Assembly (NCBI GenBank): GCA_964016885.1
Contig: OZ024745.1
Span: 75,888,001 to 75,952,000 of the forward strand
Origin: Eledone cirrhosa
Lineage: Eukaryota
DNA: 64,000 nt
Direction: 5' to 3'
The notes beneath the pieces were generated by a model. It saw nothing but the letters and a program-made list of their open reading frames with translations, was not told the DNA's origin and did no database searches. Positions 63,589 through 64,000 of the stretch are shown piece after piece; within the stretch, counting starts at the first letter, position 1, and every line of letters starts with the position of its first letter. A program made the translations under genes and the position numbers.

Positions 63589-64000
63589 TATATGTAAAAT
63601 AAAGTCCAATCTATAATGCCAGTGTAATGTTACTAATATCAACGCCTGCCAATAACAGATAACAATCATCATGATAATTTTCTTTTCTTTTTATCTCCTG
63701 AATAAAATTAGATGAAAATTTTAAAAGATAAAAAAATACATAGTATTTTTAATAATTGTCGAGTGATGTTAACATATTCGCTATTATGTTATATAACATG
63801 TAACATATACATATATATGAAATTGTGGGTATAAAGGTGACTGGTGTTAATGTCCAAATTAATATTGTTCAACTGATATTGAATATGCATTTTCCAATAA
63901 CAAATATTTATAGTTTAGTAAAGTATTTATTTATTTATTGACATCTTGTCACAACATATTGATGAGTGTGGCATTGTCGGCAATATCCCCAACAATATAT

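Overview
AT-rich eukaryotic (metazoan) DNA dominated by (TA)n microsatellites and transposable elements. The SINE/RTE repertoire points to an octopod cephalopod (inference). One clearly recognisable host gene: the SUMO E2 conjugating enzyme UBC9/UBE2I on the + strand, with 6 coding exons at 35644-44642 encoding 159 aa and a possible non-coding first exon about 23.5 kb upstream. A second + strand transcription unit probably starts near 57 kb and contains an orphan 259-aa ORF (60653-61432). The rest is nested mobile DNA: at least three RTE LINE families and their partner SINEs, Penelope-like elements (Naiad and Neptune types), a Tx1-like LINE in a (TATC)n repeat, HERO, CRE, CR1 and RTE-X/Proto2 fragments, a DD37D/maT transposon, a mariner relic, Merlin- and piggyBac-type MITEs and Helitron relics. 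Three less usual signals stand out. (i) Hand-folding finds six hammerhead ribozyme (HHR) motifs with an intact or variant core in three sequence families, plus further decayed ones, mostly in fold-back structures anchored in (TA)n. These include a 1.5-kb palindrome with an HHR on each arm, a conserved U4A core variant, and an HHR apparently overwritten into a perfect hairpin. (ii) One structured module occurs in an RTE 5' UTR, in the 3' UTRs of other RTE families and in SINE bodies, with exchangeable 3' tails. (iii) There are direct LINE-SINE and LINE-Penelope chimeric junctions. All calls are by eye; no database searches were run.
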